A stretch of 63,175 nt of DNA, the filler included, from Dimorphilus gyrociliatus (Eukaryota; Animalia; Annelida), in the NCBI GenBank assembly GCA_904063045.1. It is 4 parts of 4 records of this genome, joined end to end, with 100 filler letters (N's around TTAATTAATTAA, not from the genome) between each part and the next. Parts side by side here need not be neighbours in the genome. Positions count along the whole stretch, not along the records: positions 1 to 17,771 come from CAJFCJ010000211.1; positions 17,872 to 39,977 come from CAJFCJ010000041.1; 2 more parts are not named here. One strand, given 5' to 3'. Positions 11,410 through 22,957 of this stretch are shown piece by piece. Below the pieces are notes generated by a model. That model was not told where the DNA came from. It was given only the letters and a program-made list of their open reading frames with translations, and ran no database searches. A program made the translations under genes and the position numbers. Position 1 is the first letter of the stretch; every line of letters begins with the position of its first letter.

Positions 11410-12130
11410 ATACAGTAACCTGTATAAAATTGGGACACCCTAAAGGCTCAACTTTTAATTAATGGCCACGAATGTTTGTTCCCACAAACATAGTTTTTTT
11501 TGTCTAAATTTATATAGACAAAAAGTAATGTCTATGTAATTTTGCCACACTTTATAATTATTGAAACATATACTTGACATCTGATTTGGGGATGGCACCA
11601 GCATCGTTTAGCAATACTCTACAATACAATCACCCAGAACAGGAGAATAGTGGTAATCAAAACGAGACTTACAGAATAAGACATCGGCAGGGTGAAAAGA
11701 ATTATAAAGAAATTGAAACAAATTAAGGAATAAGAAGTAGATGTTAGCATAGCAACATATCAGAGGGAGCAGAAAGCAAAATCTCAGATAAAAAAGAGTG
11801 ACACACAGACATGATCTCACAACCAACAATTGCAAAAGAAGAAATATGTATTGCCTTAAAATGATCAGTGTTAATCTAGACTAGTTTAAAGTAATTTTCA
11901 TCATCAAGGCTAGATTCTCGCTGAGTGGCCCTGATGACTTTAGGACATAGACAAATCATGGTGAAAAGGTGACGAGGGGTGGAATAATGGTTTGGGGACT
12001 CATAAACTTCAATGGAATTTAAGAAATATGGAGTGTAAAGAAAAAACTTAATGTTGAAAATTATAGCTGTTTTATTATGGAAGATGTCTTTCCTGTAATA
12101 GAAGATGTATTAAAAACAATTCTATAAAAA
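11410..12130 (+). mobile_element. Tc1-like DNA transposon remnant
   Basis: TA-CAGT...GGGACACCC TIR-like start near 11410. The degenerate transposase reads FSLSGPDD...GGIMVWG...LNVENY (~11915-12110), the Tc1 GG.VMVWG motif. Confidence 0.6.
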
Positions 12131-12708
12131 CTAGCCTAAATTCTATTTGAAAGAAATTTATACAGTCACAATAATAAGAAATTATAAAAAGGGATAAAAA
12201 GTTTTGATCATGTGAATTTTTCGACGACCAAAAAATGTTTATGGTCTGGATTATTTGACAAGCTATTAAGTAATTTTAACTATACTTTATCTATACTTTA
12301 TCTTCTCCAGTTTGATGAGTAAAATATTTTTTCTTACTCTTTTATTGAAAATAATTCATTTTAATCTTCAAAGAAGATAAGAATTATTAAGAATTCTAAA
12401 TAATCTTTGAAAAATAACTTGTTGACCTGGTTTTGGCATTTTAATAATAGTACATTCAAACTAAAAAAAGCACTTGAACGCTGATAATTAGTAATTGTCA
12501 TAGAGACAACTAAGATTATTACTGGTATGAAGTAGAAGAGAATGAAGAATAAATCTTATCCTGGTTTCTTTATTACTCGCAACATCTACTATAAAACTTC
12601 TACATCATTGTAAATACAATTATTTAATCTCTATCAACTGTAATAAGTGTTCAACCAAAGAAACTAAGAAATGAATGAATCATTAAAAGCAGAAAAACTG
12701 AACTGTCT

Positions 12709-14118
12709 TTACACCTCCCTTAATTTTTTAAGTAGCTCATTCTTGACTAACAGAGTTTCTGTAACTACTGATAGGTCATTCAAATTACCACTATTTCTTA
12801 TATCCAGTTTAAACAAAAAAGGACAAACTGCTAACAAAAAGATTAGATCTCTCGTTTGACTGTCACTTAAGAAGCATCCATAACAAGTAACTGTGAATAG
12901 AGTATTTTTTGAAGATACTAACCCATTACAAATTCTCTCAAGTCCATCGCCCATTCTTGTATTGAAAGACAAATTTATGAGCTGAATTTTATAACATTTT
13001 GCCAGAAGGTATGAAATAGAATTACACTGTTGTTCAGTTAGATTACAATTATCAAAAGCTAATATTTTTAATGTATCTGATGACTGAACAAGTCCATTGC
13101 AGATGAATTCCAACCCATACCCCATTTCTTTATTACCACTTAAATTGACTTCTTGTAATTGTGATAAATTCATAAAAAAATTTCCCAATTCATTACATTG
13201 TATAGGAGAAAAATTACAATATCCAAAATTAAGATGTGTTAAACTGTTTGAAGATAATTTTAAACTGCAACATATTTTATCCAGTATATCATCTTTTAAA
13301 ATATTACCACTCAAGTTAATCATTTCTAAATACTGTAATTGTGCTAATAAATCAACAATAAACACCCATTGTTCCAAATTTGCAATATTAATTTGACTTA
13401 AATTTAAGCCTCTTAAAGAAGTTGATTTTCTCAACCATTGACAAATACTTAGTACTCCATCATTACTAATTCCTTTATTTTGACTTAAATCAACAACTTC
13501 TAGTTTAGAAAATTTTTCCATGATCTTTCCAAAAGCTATCCATTCCTCTCCACTAAACTGACAATTGGATAAATACAAACTTTTTAGATTATTTGACGAT
13601 GGAATAAGGCTATTCATAATTATTATTAATCCATTTGACATTCCAACATTACCGCTGAAATTTAGTTGTTTAATGGAAGAAAATTTTTCCAGTGTATTTC
13701 CGATTATTTTCCAAGAATTCTCATCTATTTGGCAATTCGTAAATATTGCACCAGACAGCATTGCTGAACCTTTATTTATTTTATCGCATAAAACAAGAAA
13801 ATTTTCACTTGAAAATTTAATGTCAAGTTTTAAAATATCTGATGGAATGTCTTTATGATCTTTACACAATTTACTAATAAATGAAATATTCTCAACAGAT
13901 TCATCAGCAATACTAAATTTTATGTTTAAAATTTGCTCCTCAGTTAATTTACATTTTTCTGAACATAGATTGCATGTTATATCATACTTATCTAAAGGCA
14001 AAGATTGGCAACATTGCAAACAATATACATGTTTGCAATGTTGTACACTTGATGCTCCACAGCCCATAATAATATTTCTTTCTTCAAGTGATATCAACAA
14101 GTTTTTTAACACACACAC
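12709..14118 (-). CDS. RING-finger plus RI-type LRR protein (start either at MGCGASS ATG 14067 or via an upstream exon spliced to the AG at ~14121)
   Basis: Open 469-aa frame. CKHVYCLQC...ITCNLC is the C-x-H-x2-C-x2-C...C-x2-C part of a RING-HC. About 10 LRRs follow (LNFSGN, LYLSNC, VDLSQN, VNLSGN, INLSFN). Confidence 0.85.
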   Translation of the reverse strand: MCVLKNLLISLEERNIIMGCGASSVQHCKHVYCLQCCQSLPLDKYDITCNLCSEKCKLTEEQILNIKFSIADESVENISFISKLCKDHKDIPSDILKLDIKFSSENFLVLCDKINKGSAMLSGAIFTNCQIDENSWKIIGNTLEKFSSIKQLNFSGNVGMSNGLIIIMNSLIPSSNNLKSLYLSNCQFSGEEWIAFGKIMEKFSKLEVVDLSQNKGISNDGVLSICQWLRKSTSLRGLNLSQINIANLEQWVFIVDLLAQLQYLEMINLSGNILKDDILDKICCSLKLSSNSLTHLNFGYCNFSPIQCNELGNFFMNLSQLQEVNLSGNKEMGYGLEFICNGLVQSSDTLKILAFDNCNLTEQQCNSISYLLAKCYKIQLINLSFNTRMGDGLERICNGLVSSKNTLFTVTCYGCFLSDSQTRDLIFLLAVCPFLFKLDIRNSGNLNDLSVVTETLLVKNELLKKLREV

Positions 14119-14121
14119 ACC

Positions 14122-14144
14122 TATATATATATATATATATATAT
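14122..14144. repeat. (TA)n microsatellite next to a short (CA)n
   Basis: Seen directly in the sequence. Confidence 0.9.
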
Positions 14145-14902
14145 TGCAGAATGGTTATCTGAAATCTTATCTTTGCAATTTGCAAAAAAAACTAAGCTAA
14201 GGTAGTTGTGCTATGAATGAATAATGTAAAATGAATAATATTAATGTCACCACTGAGTAAACTTGTACATTAATTTAGGAAAAGGGAGATGTGTATAGGG
14301 ACCAGAGAGGAGAGAAGAAAGACAATAACTTATGTCAAAGATATATTTCCTTCCTCTTTTAAAAATTCTTAACTCTGTGATATCTTATCAGAGTGATCCC
14401 CCTCAATGTAGATTAAATTAAATTTGAAAGTCTTGTTTGATCAATACTTTACAAGATAAACTATGTAGTCCAACTACTAATAGAGGATTGTTGTATCAGA
14501 TGAAAAAATAGAGCACTTATACTCATTTTTTGGATTTAATGTCAATGGCAATCTCCTGTCAGATTGAAATAGTTGGAAAAGTTTCTAAAAATAGTAATTT
14601 GTTATTGAGGTGTTGAAGACTGGAGATGGAAAAATTCGGCCAGGCATTAGGCCTAACATCTTAAGATGTTCATTCACTAAAACAAAAGATGTTGTTTGCT
14701 ATGGAAACGAAGAATAAATCTTGAATAAGATATCCCTTTACTTCTGCTCTTTTCCGATCAGAGTTCACTGAAATTTCTCTTCTCTCTATCCAAGATAAAA
14801 GATGAATAATATTTTAAGAGAAAATATCTAATAATAGTGAAAATAGATAAATACAAGTGTAATATATTTTAATGACGTAATTCTGTAGCAGATTTAAACT
14901 AC

Positions 14903-15205
14903 TCAATAATGGTGTACACTAATTGAATGTGGATTATATAAACGAATACGAACTGATAGGCCAATGTATTCGACTGATAGCCCAGGAACTGTCCTATTCC
15001 GAAAATAATCAAATTCCTTTCCATGAAATGTTGAGAGGTAAAGATCTCTAAAAGTTCTTCTAGACAATCTTATTTTGCAAGATTGTCCAAAAAGCCCTGT
15101 AAAGCAATCGCACTCTGCTCTACAATTTGACTTTTGATGTTGAATTGCACCCCAGCAGCAACTATTTTTCTTTGAACATTCATTACAAGACAAATGATTC
15201 TGCAA
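14903..15205 (-). pseudogene. Cys-rich EGF-like exon fragment of a decayed gene
   Basis: CSKKNSCCWG...CRAECDCFTGLFGQSCK fits CxCxxGxxGxxC. Neighbouring frames contain stops. Confidence 0.4.
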
Positions 15206-16159
15206 AATTGCAGTTTTTGCAGTTTAAAAAAATTCGTATAGAGATTATGATAATCTGTTGAAGAGTGTTTGACTCATATTTACCTGATTTTTCTTTATAT
15301 TTATACAATAAAGCCAAAGTTTCAATATGATAAGCCTTTAAAATTGCTAGAATAGCAAAGGGCCATAATTTCAATTGAATAATGTTCGGGAGCTTTAATT
15401 ATTTCACTTTTCAACCAATGCACTCCATTTTGCAATACCTAAATTGGTAGTTTGGTAATTGCCAAGTAGATAAGGATAACAATCGTTCTTCTTTGCCCTA
15501 ACCAAAAAATGCACAATTCATTAAAATGTTTCCAATAATAAATTTAATAAGTGGTTACGCTAGATGGCGCCAGTATAATTTTGTTTTTAATTTAATAATT
15601 AATAACATTTAATTCACAAAAAGTATGAATGAAAGTTAAATATATAAGATAGTACTCGACTGATAGGATATAAAAACAAATTCTATATCTTTTACAAAAT
15701 TATTGAATGAGCTTCTGTCCATTATGTCAACAAAGGACTAGGAACAAAGAGAAATTTTCTGCAAGTAATTGCTACTACCTAAATGCTGACATCATGGAAA
15801 GTAAAAGAAACAAAGAAGACAATTACTACGTGGAATTTTACTGTGTCAATCATTTAAATAATTTCATTGTGTAAGGTTAGACATTTACTTTGTTAATGGT
15901 ATTGAGTAGTTAGTAAATTTCAATAATTGGATATTTCTTTATTGATCTTATCAACAAGTACATTATTCTGTTTTTGTTGATTGAATGAAAAGATACTTTT
16001 AATTAATCCTACACTTGTTGTTGTTCTAAAGTGTTTCTTTGTTAAATATTCATAAATATCGTATTTTTCACGATAATAGATAATTTTTAATGAATATTAT
16101 AGAAAAAATACTATTCAGAATGGTAATAACAACTTTGAAATTGTATGATGGACAATAAA

Positions 16160-17355
16160 ATGAACTTTATTGTCATTTCAATTTTTTTAATTAATTTTTT
16201 CTTTCAAAATATACAAGGTATTGAAAATATTTTCTTTTTTTTTGAAATGTTTACCAGTTTTTCTATTCTATTTTATTCATTAATTTAGGAGATGATTGCC
16301 CTCATGGTTGGATAAGATATCTAGACAGTTGTATTGGAAAATTTACAGATAATCTGAATTCAGCTCTAATTTTAAACGCTTTGTGTAGTTTAAAAGGAGG
16401 AACTCCAATTAAAATTGATTCTCCAAAGAAGCGCCAGTCGGAAATACTATTTTATAGGCCTAAGGAGAATAGGAACAATAGGAAACTGTTCCAAAGATTT
16501 TACATGGCATGATAGTACACTGTTAAATTTTCATAATTTTGAAAATTCAGCAAATACATTTGTTAATAATCAAGATTTTGTTGCAATACGTAAAAGTAAT
16601 GGAATATGGTCAACAGTTACAGATTTTAATTCCGACACTGGATATTTATGTGAAATGAACAAAGGTTTGTTTTATGAAAAATTATAGATGTTTTTGTTCT
16701 TTAAAAAAATATCACTTTAATTTATTCCACTATTTTGAATTATATTTGTCTACCTTATTGGTATTTGGTAGACAATTATAGATATACTGGACAGTACAAA
16801 GTCAAGTTTATTTCTAGAGATTCTTGTCTTAAAGTATGATTTAATTGTATTTTGATACTAGTCATGAGCAGCAATTTTAACACTTCTTTCTTCCTATCCA
16901 TAGCAATGCATAGATGGAACATACGGTATCTGTTCTAGTGTCTCTTGGGATCATGCCAAGGCAAGAGATAAATTGTATGCAGATGACTTTCCAAAATTAA
17001 AATTCAATAGTTACTTAGAATTTATCAATTTGAAGGTGAATCTGGTACTTGTACAAGGCAAATTGACCTGTTGATCAACTTCCAGATTCTAGTTTTACAG
17101 CTTCAAATTCGGATAGTTCGTCAAAACCTTATGAAGGCAGATGTGGAAATTTTAAGCATGGCAATCATCCAGGGACATTTTCGTTTAAAATTGTTAATTC
17201 AAAACAATGGTTTCAAGTAGATCTTTTAAATCTCTATAATATAACTGGCTATCATATTTTGGGTGGAAAAGTGAATGCTAAACGTACCTTAGAGCATCAT
17301 TACATGTTGTATAGTTTAAATTGTTTAGACTTTTCATGGTATCGCCAAAAGGAGA
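16160..17355 (+). pseudogene. Secreted C-type lectin + F5/8 type C (discoidin) gene, frameshifted and cut by a gypsy fragment
   Basis: Signal exon MNFIVISIFLINFFFQNIQ (16160-16217) with a GT..AG intron. CTL DDCPHGWIRYLDSC is joined by a frameshift to YFIGL...FTWHD...YLCE. F5/8C reads LPDSSFTAS...PYEGR...QWFQVDL...ITG (~17080-17350). Confidence 0.8.
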
Positions 17356-17357
17356 AG

Positions 17358-17590
17358 CAGTAGTAACCACAAAATGCTACAAAACTTAATAGAGTACTTG
17401 CAAACATTGGTACTTTAGCATCTTTTATCTTTTAAATCTTTTCTGGATCAGTTTCGATACCATTCTGTGTAATTATATGACCAAGAAATTGTACTGATTC
17501 TTGTAGAAATGCGCATTTGCTCAGTTTGATTCTAAAGTCTTTTTCTTTGATTCTTTCATTAATTTTTGAAAATCTTACTTAATGTACATA
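17358..17590 (-). mobile_element. Ty3/gypsy reverse-transcriptase C-terminal fragment
   Basis: Translation FRIKLSKCAFLQESVQFLGHIITQNGIETDPEKI*...FCGYY matches the KC.F....V.FLGH.I...GI..DPEK motif. Contains a stop. Confidence 0.85.
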
Positions 17591-17771
17591 AAGAGCTATA
17601 GTAAAAGTAAACAAATTAAATCTTTTTTTTTTTCATAAAAACTGGTAGATATAAGGAAATCTTCTGGTATACTTTGTTGTATTGTAATTGTAGAAATTTC
17701 TGACTCTTCACAACAGAAATTGTCCTTTCCAATCATTTACCAATTTGTAAAAGTACTGGTCAAATACAGTT

Positions 17772-17871
17772 NNNNNNNNNNNNNNNNNNNNNNNNNNNNN
17801 NNNNNNNNNNNNNNNTTAATTAATTAANNNNNNNNNNNNNNNNNNNNNNNNNNNNNNNNNNNNNNNNNNNN
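17772..17871. other. Assembly gap placeholder: 44 N + TTAATTAATTAA + 44 N (also at 39978-40077 and 56615-56714; plain N gap at 27259-28188)
   Basis: The same 12-mer, with stops in all six frames, sits centred in three 100-base gaps. It is an artificial linker, and the X-containing ORFs in the track are artefacts. Confidence 0.97.
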
Positions 17872-18750
17872 TTCTGTAGAAGCATCTTTTCTGATCACCT
17901 GCATTTTTTGGGTCTCTTTTCTCTGTTGAGTTTTCAATGTGGACACCATTGTGATTGGTTTTCTCTGAGTTAGTTTTAATGAGGTTTCTGCTTGCTTAGC
18001 AGCATCATATAGTTCTACCAATGTTTGACATTTAGGATGTAAGGTGTACACTAAATGTAGAATATCTACTTGTAATCCTCTTTGTAAAATTTCCATCAGT
18101 TTAATTTCTTTCATAGTTGCAAGCAATTGTGGTTCCATTGGTCTGGGTGGAGAAATCCTCTTTATCAATTTCTTTGCTCTATAAACAAACTGAACCACAC
18201 TTTCGCCATTCATTTGCTTCAAGTCAAGCAATTTCTCTTGATACTCCAAAGGATCCAGATCAAATTCATCGTGGAGGGCCTTCCATATTTCCTCTACAGT
18301 AGGCTCTCCATCCAAAGCCAACACCAAATTCTTTGCAGGACCAGTTAAATAATCTAAAAGATTTACTTTCACAACATCTTCACCAACCCAACCATAAGCA
18401 TGACATGCCTGATTAAAGTCTTCCTTGAATTTTGAACACTCCTTGCTTCCATCATGCAACTTGAGAATAGTTCTTTGAAGGCAGTCCCAAGCAGCCCTTA
18501 ATGCTTGAATTACTGTTGTGATATCAACATTTAAGTTCTGTGCTGAGTGATGTGTTCCATTTCCATGATCTGGTGGAATTGTGATTTGATTTCTTTTCAT
18601 TTGACTCACCAATCTATCATAGTCTACAACTAGTCTTTGTTGCCTTTCTGACTTTTCTGCTGGTTGAATTGTAATTGTTGGAGTTACTGGGGTTGAAGGG
18701 TTAGAGTCTGTAACTGCCCCAGTGGCATTTCCATTTCCTCCTTCTGCCAT
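17872..18750 (-). mobile_element. gag: Ty3/gypsy gag (capsid) ORF, open up to the gap
   Basis: MAEGG... with HDGSKECSKFKEDF...W....LLDYLTGPA and LKQMNGESVVQFVYRAKKL (major-homology-like region). Confidence 0.85.
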
Positions 18751-18850
18751 ATTTACTTTCTCCAAACTTTTGAATAAACCAAAATAATATCCTGTCAACT
18801 GTGCCAAAGGGTTAACCACTCTTGCTGGCAAAATCTATGCATTTGCAAGT

Positions 18851-19161
18851 TGTAACAATACTGGTTCCACTCGAACCTTTTAAACAAATGTTTACATTAA
18901 AACAGTTTATTTAAAATAATAATACTTAAGCAAGTGGTAATATGAGAGTTCAATAGAAGAATAGATAGTTTGTTATAGCAGTTGCCAAATTCCCAAACTG
19001 TCTTCCAATGTTGAGGAGTAGATGGATGGTTCCAGTGGAGGTTGTTTCCAGGTTATCTTCCCAGGTCCTTGGGTCCAGATGGAAAGCTGAGTGCAGAATG
19101 AGAATAGTGAGGATTTATATACTTTGAGGTTTGCCTCTGGCATCCAATCATCACAAGTACA
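18851..19161 (-). mobile_element. Putative 5' LTR (~311 bp) of the gag element; truncated copies at 43005-43201 and 47980-48173
   Basis: On the minus strand it begins TGTA and ends GTTACA, with an internal TATATAAA and AATAAA, directly upstream of gag. Homology with the other copies stops at the TGTA. No clear PBS was found. Confidence 0.65.
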
Positions 19162-19168
19162 GGATTTA

Positions 19169-19290
19169 TTAGTTATTGGATAAAAATTGATCAAGTGTTT
19201 TAGGAAAGAGAATGTCATTGATATTCATTAGATTACATTTTTGATTGTCTCTTGTAACCAGTTCACTTAGATAAATCTTGCCATTTTTCT
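19169..19290 (-). pseudogene. Duplicated 3' end of the Calx-beta/ITI-C gene (a further partial copy at 21577-21636)
   Basis: Near-identical to 21672-21790, including the stop codon region. Confidence 0.85.
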
Positions 19291-19462
19291 TGAAAAATTA
19301 TGTTCTTAAAAAAACTTTTTTACTTGCAATTTCATGGTTTTCATTTTCTCAGATCATTAGTATTTAATCAATTAAGTAAAATATATTAACTCATTTATAC
19401 TATTTTTTTTTTCTAAAATCATTTCATCTTCTCTCTTCTTATTTAATTATTTTTTTAATACT

Positions 19463-19548
19463 ATGTGGACATTTACTGTTCATTTGTGGGCGTTTTATGT
19501 GCATCTGTGGACGTTTTCTGTCATTTGTGGATGTTTTCTGTCAGCCCC
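19463..19548. mobile_element. MULE-family terminal repeat (tandem ~20-bp GTGGACGTTTTCTGTC units ending GTCAGCCCC)
   Basis: Same unit as the TIRs of the 24897-25104 MITE and of the MULEs starting at 41423 and ending at 52744. Confidence 0.8.
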
Positions 19549-20191
19549 ATCAAGAAGAGACAAAAGGAGCTATGTTGGAGTGAAAGCAAATGGAGTCAGA
19601 AGCGCTAGAATGAGCATGTCTACACAGCAACATTTATTTTCATCATGACTAAAAACTATAAACAAAATGCTGATTAACATTGTTTTGTCAACAATAATTA
19701 TTATTGGCACTGCATTCATACTCTTGTTGACATATAAAAGAAAGTTTAGCAAACTTACTTGGAAAATACTTTGGAAATACTTGGAAAGAAAGAAAGTCCA
19801 ACCAACAGCTCCAGATATTCAACAAAAGGAAGTACATGTCCCCACATATTCAACTTTAGAAATTGACCAAGAAGCAATACCTCTTCATAACTACCCAACT
19901 TTTAAGAAAGAAGATAACAGAGTCATAGTGACAAAGTCCCAGACCTTTTGTGAAAGCAAGGTCTTAAAAGGGTGGGATATCTGTGCACTTAGAAATATCA
20001 ATGTAATAATATTTAGACTTTAGATATTATAGAACTTTAGAAAGGCTTTTATTTCGTAGCAATTATAATGTTAGAAGTTTAGAAAAAGTGTTATTTCATA
20101 GAAATTATAATTGTGGAGCTTTAGAAAGATTTTTAATTAGTAGAATTAGATTCTAGAACTTTAAAATTGACTTTACATCTTATTGTGCACA
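19549..20191 (+). mobile_element. 3' end of an LTR element: env-like membrane ORF, polypurine tract, then LTR 19982-20191
   Basis: One frame reads RRDKRS...FSS*LKTINKMLINIVLSTIIIIGTAFILLLTYKRK...PTAP...YSTL (TM helix plus tail). AAAAGGGTGGGATA precedes TGTGCAC, and the unit ends TGTGCACA (TG..CA inverted ends). Confidence 0.6.
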
Positions 20192-21671
20192 CCTCATGCA
20201 CAAAGCTATTGTTTAGCATTCATATTGAATAATATTAAGTTTCTCAGAATATGAATAATTAACTGATTGAGTTCTTTAGCTATTTGATTACTTTCTCGAA
20301 ATTTAATTTGATAATTTTCACAATAACTATTATATTTAGTGCCATGATGATTCATCAATGAAATCATTTTTTCTCTAGTGATGTCATCATATTGGGAAAA
20401 AATTAAAATCTGTTGGAGATTGTTCAAATGACTTTCTTCTCTTCGAATTAAATTAGCCCAATGATTTAACTCCTGAGTGCATTGTTTTAATTTTGTAATA
20501 TATTGACTTACTGAAACTCCTCTTCTCTTTGTTTCAAGCAATGTTGGCAGTGAGCCAAATAATCTTTATGTTCTATATATACATATTTCGTTATGTCTAT
20601 ATGTTTAAAACCCAACCACATTATTCATTACCCCATCTTCTTTTCTTGTGTACGTGTGTTAATTATAGTTACTGTCATATTATTAGTATATACTTTAAAC
20701 CTCAAATGCTCTAGACTGATAAGTCTATGACATAGCAATGACTCTGTTCTCAGCCCACTCAACAACTACATAAATATGGCTTTTTGAGTAGGGTGGAAAA
20801 TATCTCTAAGGAAATTCACATTTGAATAGACTTTTTTAAATATTTTTAAGTATTTTATGCTGATCTTAACTTAGCCCTGAATCATTACTTGAATGTTTTA
20901 TCTCTGACCTACATTTGCATAATGCAGTGTTCACCCTGTGGGAAAACCAGCTGTTCCTATTTTTCTTTTCGATTGAAGGCCTAAGAGGGTGGAGGCATTT
21001 TTAAAAACCTCTCTTCCTAGTCTTGAAAACTGCTCTGAAGAAAATATATTCTTTTTGAACTCAAAAATGGTCAAATAAAAACTCTGTGTCATTGCACTCT
21101 ACTTCAAAACCTTATCTTTGTTGTATTGATCAGAATGCAAAATTGAAGAAAAGGGAACAATACAAAATGGCCACAATTGAGAAAATTGATTGAAAATCGA
21201 CAAAGGGGTGTTCACTCATTTGAAATAATAAAAAAATGTTAAACAAATTGAATGCTGTAAATCATGGGAATAGTTTTAAGTTATTCAAAGTTAGAAAAAT
21301 AAAGCAACATAAAACAATCTTAACAATCTTGCAATGAAGATAAAAAAGACAAACAACTGAAAGCAACTATTTGAACTAGTACAAGTCCTTTTAAGATATC
21401 AAAAAATCTATAGGCCATTTAATTTTATTGGCTGATGTTTGATTATTAAGATAATCACAGAGAAAGTTTTGAAAGACAAATCAACTGTTCCCTAATCTTA
21501 AAACAAAAAAGCACAATTACAATTGCAATGATTCAGCAAATTTTTACAACTTACAATAGAACAAATCAGGATTCATTAGTTATTGGATAAAAATTGATTA
21601 AATGTTTTAAGAGAGAGAATGTTATTAATATTCATAAGAAAAAAAACTACTCAAGAATGAATGAGGATTTA

Positions 21672-22861
21672 TTAGTTGTTGGATAAAAATTGATCAAGTG
21701 TTTTAGGAAAGAGAATGTCATTAATATTCATTAGATTACATTTTGGATTGGCTCTTGTAATGAGTTCACTTGGATAAATCTTGCCATTTATTTTAATTAT
21801 TGATGAAATCCCATTTTGAACGGATTCAAAAAACTCATACTTTTGATTAGCTGCTTCTCCAAAAAGTCCACCTGAGGACTTGTAGGAATTTAGATTGTTG
21901 ATATACACATCCAAATATTCACCAGTCAACATTCTTGTTGATTTCTTTACAACAAAACCGTTCTCGTGAAATTTTTCATCATTTCTTTTAAAAGAAACAT
22001 AAAATAAGTGATTTTTCAAATTGATTCTAATTTCTATGTTCTTTCCATAAAATACAAAGAACTGATCAATCCATTGAATCAGATGTTTATCTTGAAAATA
22101 AATGGCATTTAATGTTATCTTCAAAATTTCATTGTCAATGTAGAGGTGTATTTCATGCATAAAATAATCATCTTTCAAAATTCCATAAACAGTAATATTT
22201 TCTTTGTTATTTTGAAAAATGTTTATTTTATTTTGAGTTCTAGAAACCACATCGAAACATAAATGCTGGAGTGTCTTACTCCTATCATCCGGAACAAGTA
22301 GTTTAAAGTGTGGATCACCATTTCCTCCAGGTGCATCAACAACTGTAATTACTTCAGACAAATCATCAGAACTCACTCCAGTGGAACAAGTTGCTGATAT
22401 TGTCACAGACTCTTCACCCTCTTCTTCACCATCATCTATCAATGTTACAGTAACTGTGCCAGTATTCCCTGCAGGTATTGATAAAGTTGGGGCTCCAAGG
22501 AATTCGTAATCAGGATTAATTGACTCAAAACTTTAAAAAGAGAAAAACTTGATGATATTGAATTGAGAGAAAGTCTTACTTGCAAGTTACTGGTCCTGCA
22601 GGGGTTACTATTTCAATTTCTACTTGTGTACCTTCTTGAAAAGGAGGACTTCCCAAAACTGTTTTGGTTGATTGTACAAGAGCAGCTACATTTTCAATGT
22701 CTAAATTGTTAATAAAAAGTTTATTTTAAAGAGAAAATATAATGTATCATTTTGAATAGTGAAACCTGAAATATTCATTAAGAAACTGTGTTCTCTTTTT
22801 CATATTTGAATTACTTACAAAAGGCAAAAGCAATTATACTGATTATTTTAAAAATTTTCAT
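21672..22861 (-). CDS. Secreted ~340-aa protein: signal peptide, Calx-beta-like module, ITI-heavy-chain-C-terminal/VWD-like domain (exons 22861-22819, 22700-22580, 22530-21672)
   Basis: Splices in frame with GT/AG. Signal MKIFKIISIIAFAF; Calx-like PAGNTGTVTVTLIDDGEEEGEESVTI; GDPHF...LCFDV. Confidence 0.8.
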
Positions 22862-22957
22862 TTTTGCTACTTTAAATGCTTAAGTACTGGCTTTGAAAAA
22901 GGAATAAATCTGTTTATATATAGACATTTGATAAGAATGTTAAAAGGTATATTTGAT

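Noticed and set aside
17816-17827. TTAATTAATTAA palindrome repeated three times
   Set aside because: Centred in identical 100-base N gaps, so it is an assembly linker.
18862-18877. TGGTTCCACTCGAACC as a PBS or tRNA fragment
   Set aside because: Wrong strand for the gag element and spacing does not fit a tRNA 3' end; no cloverleaf found.
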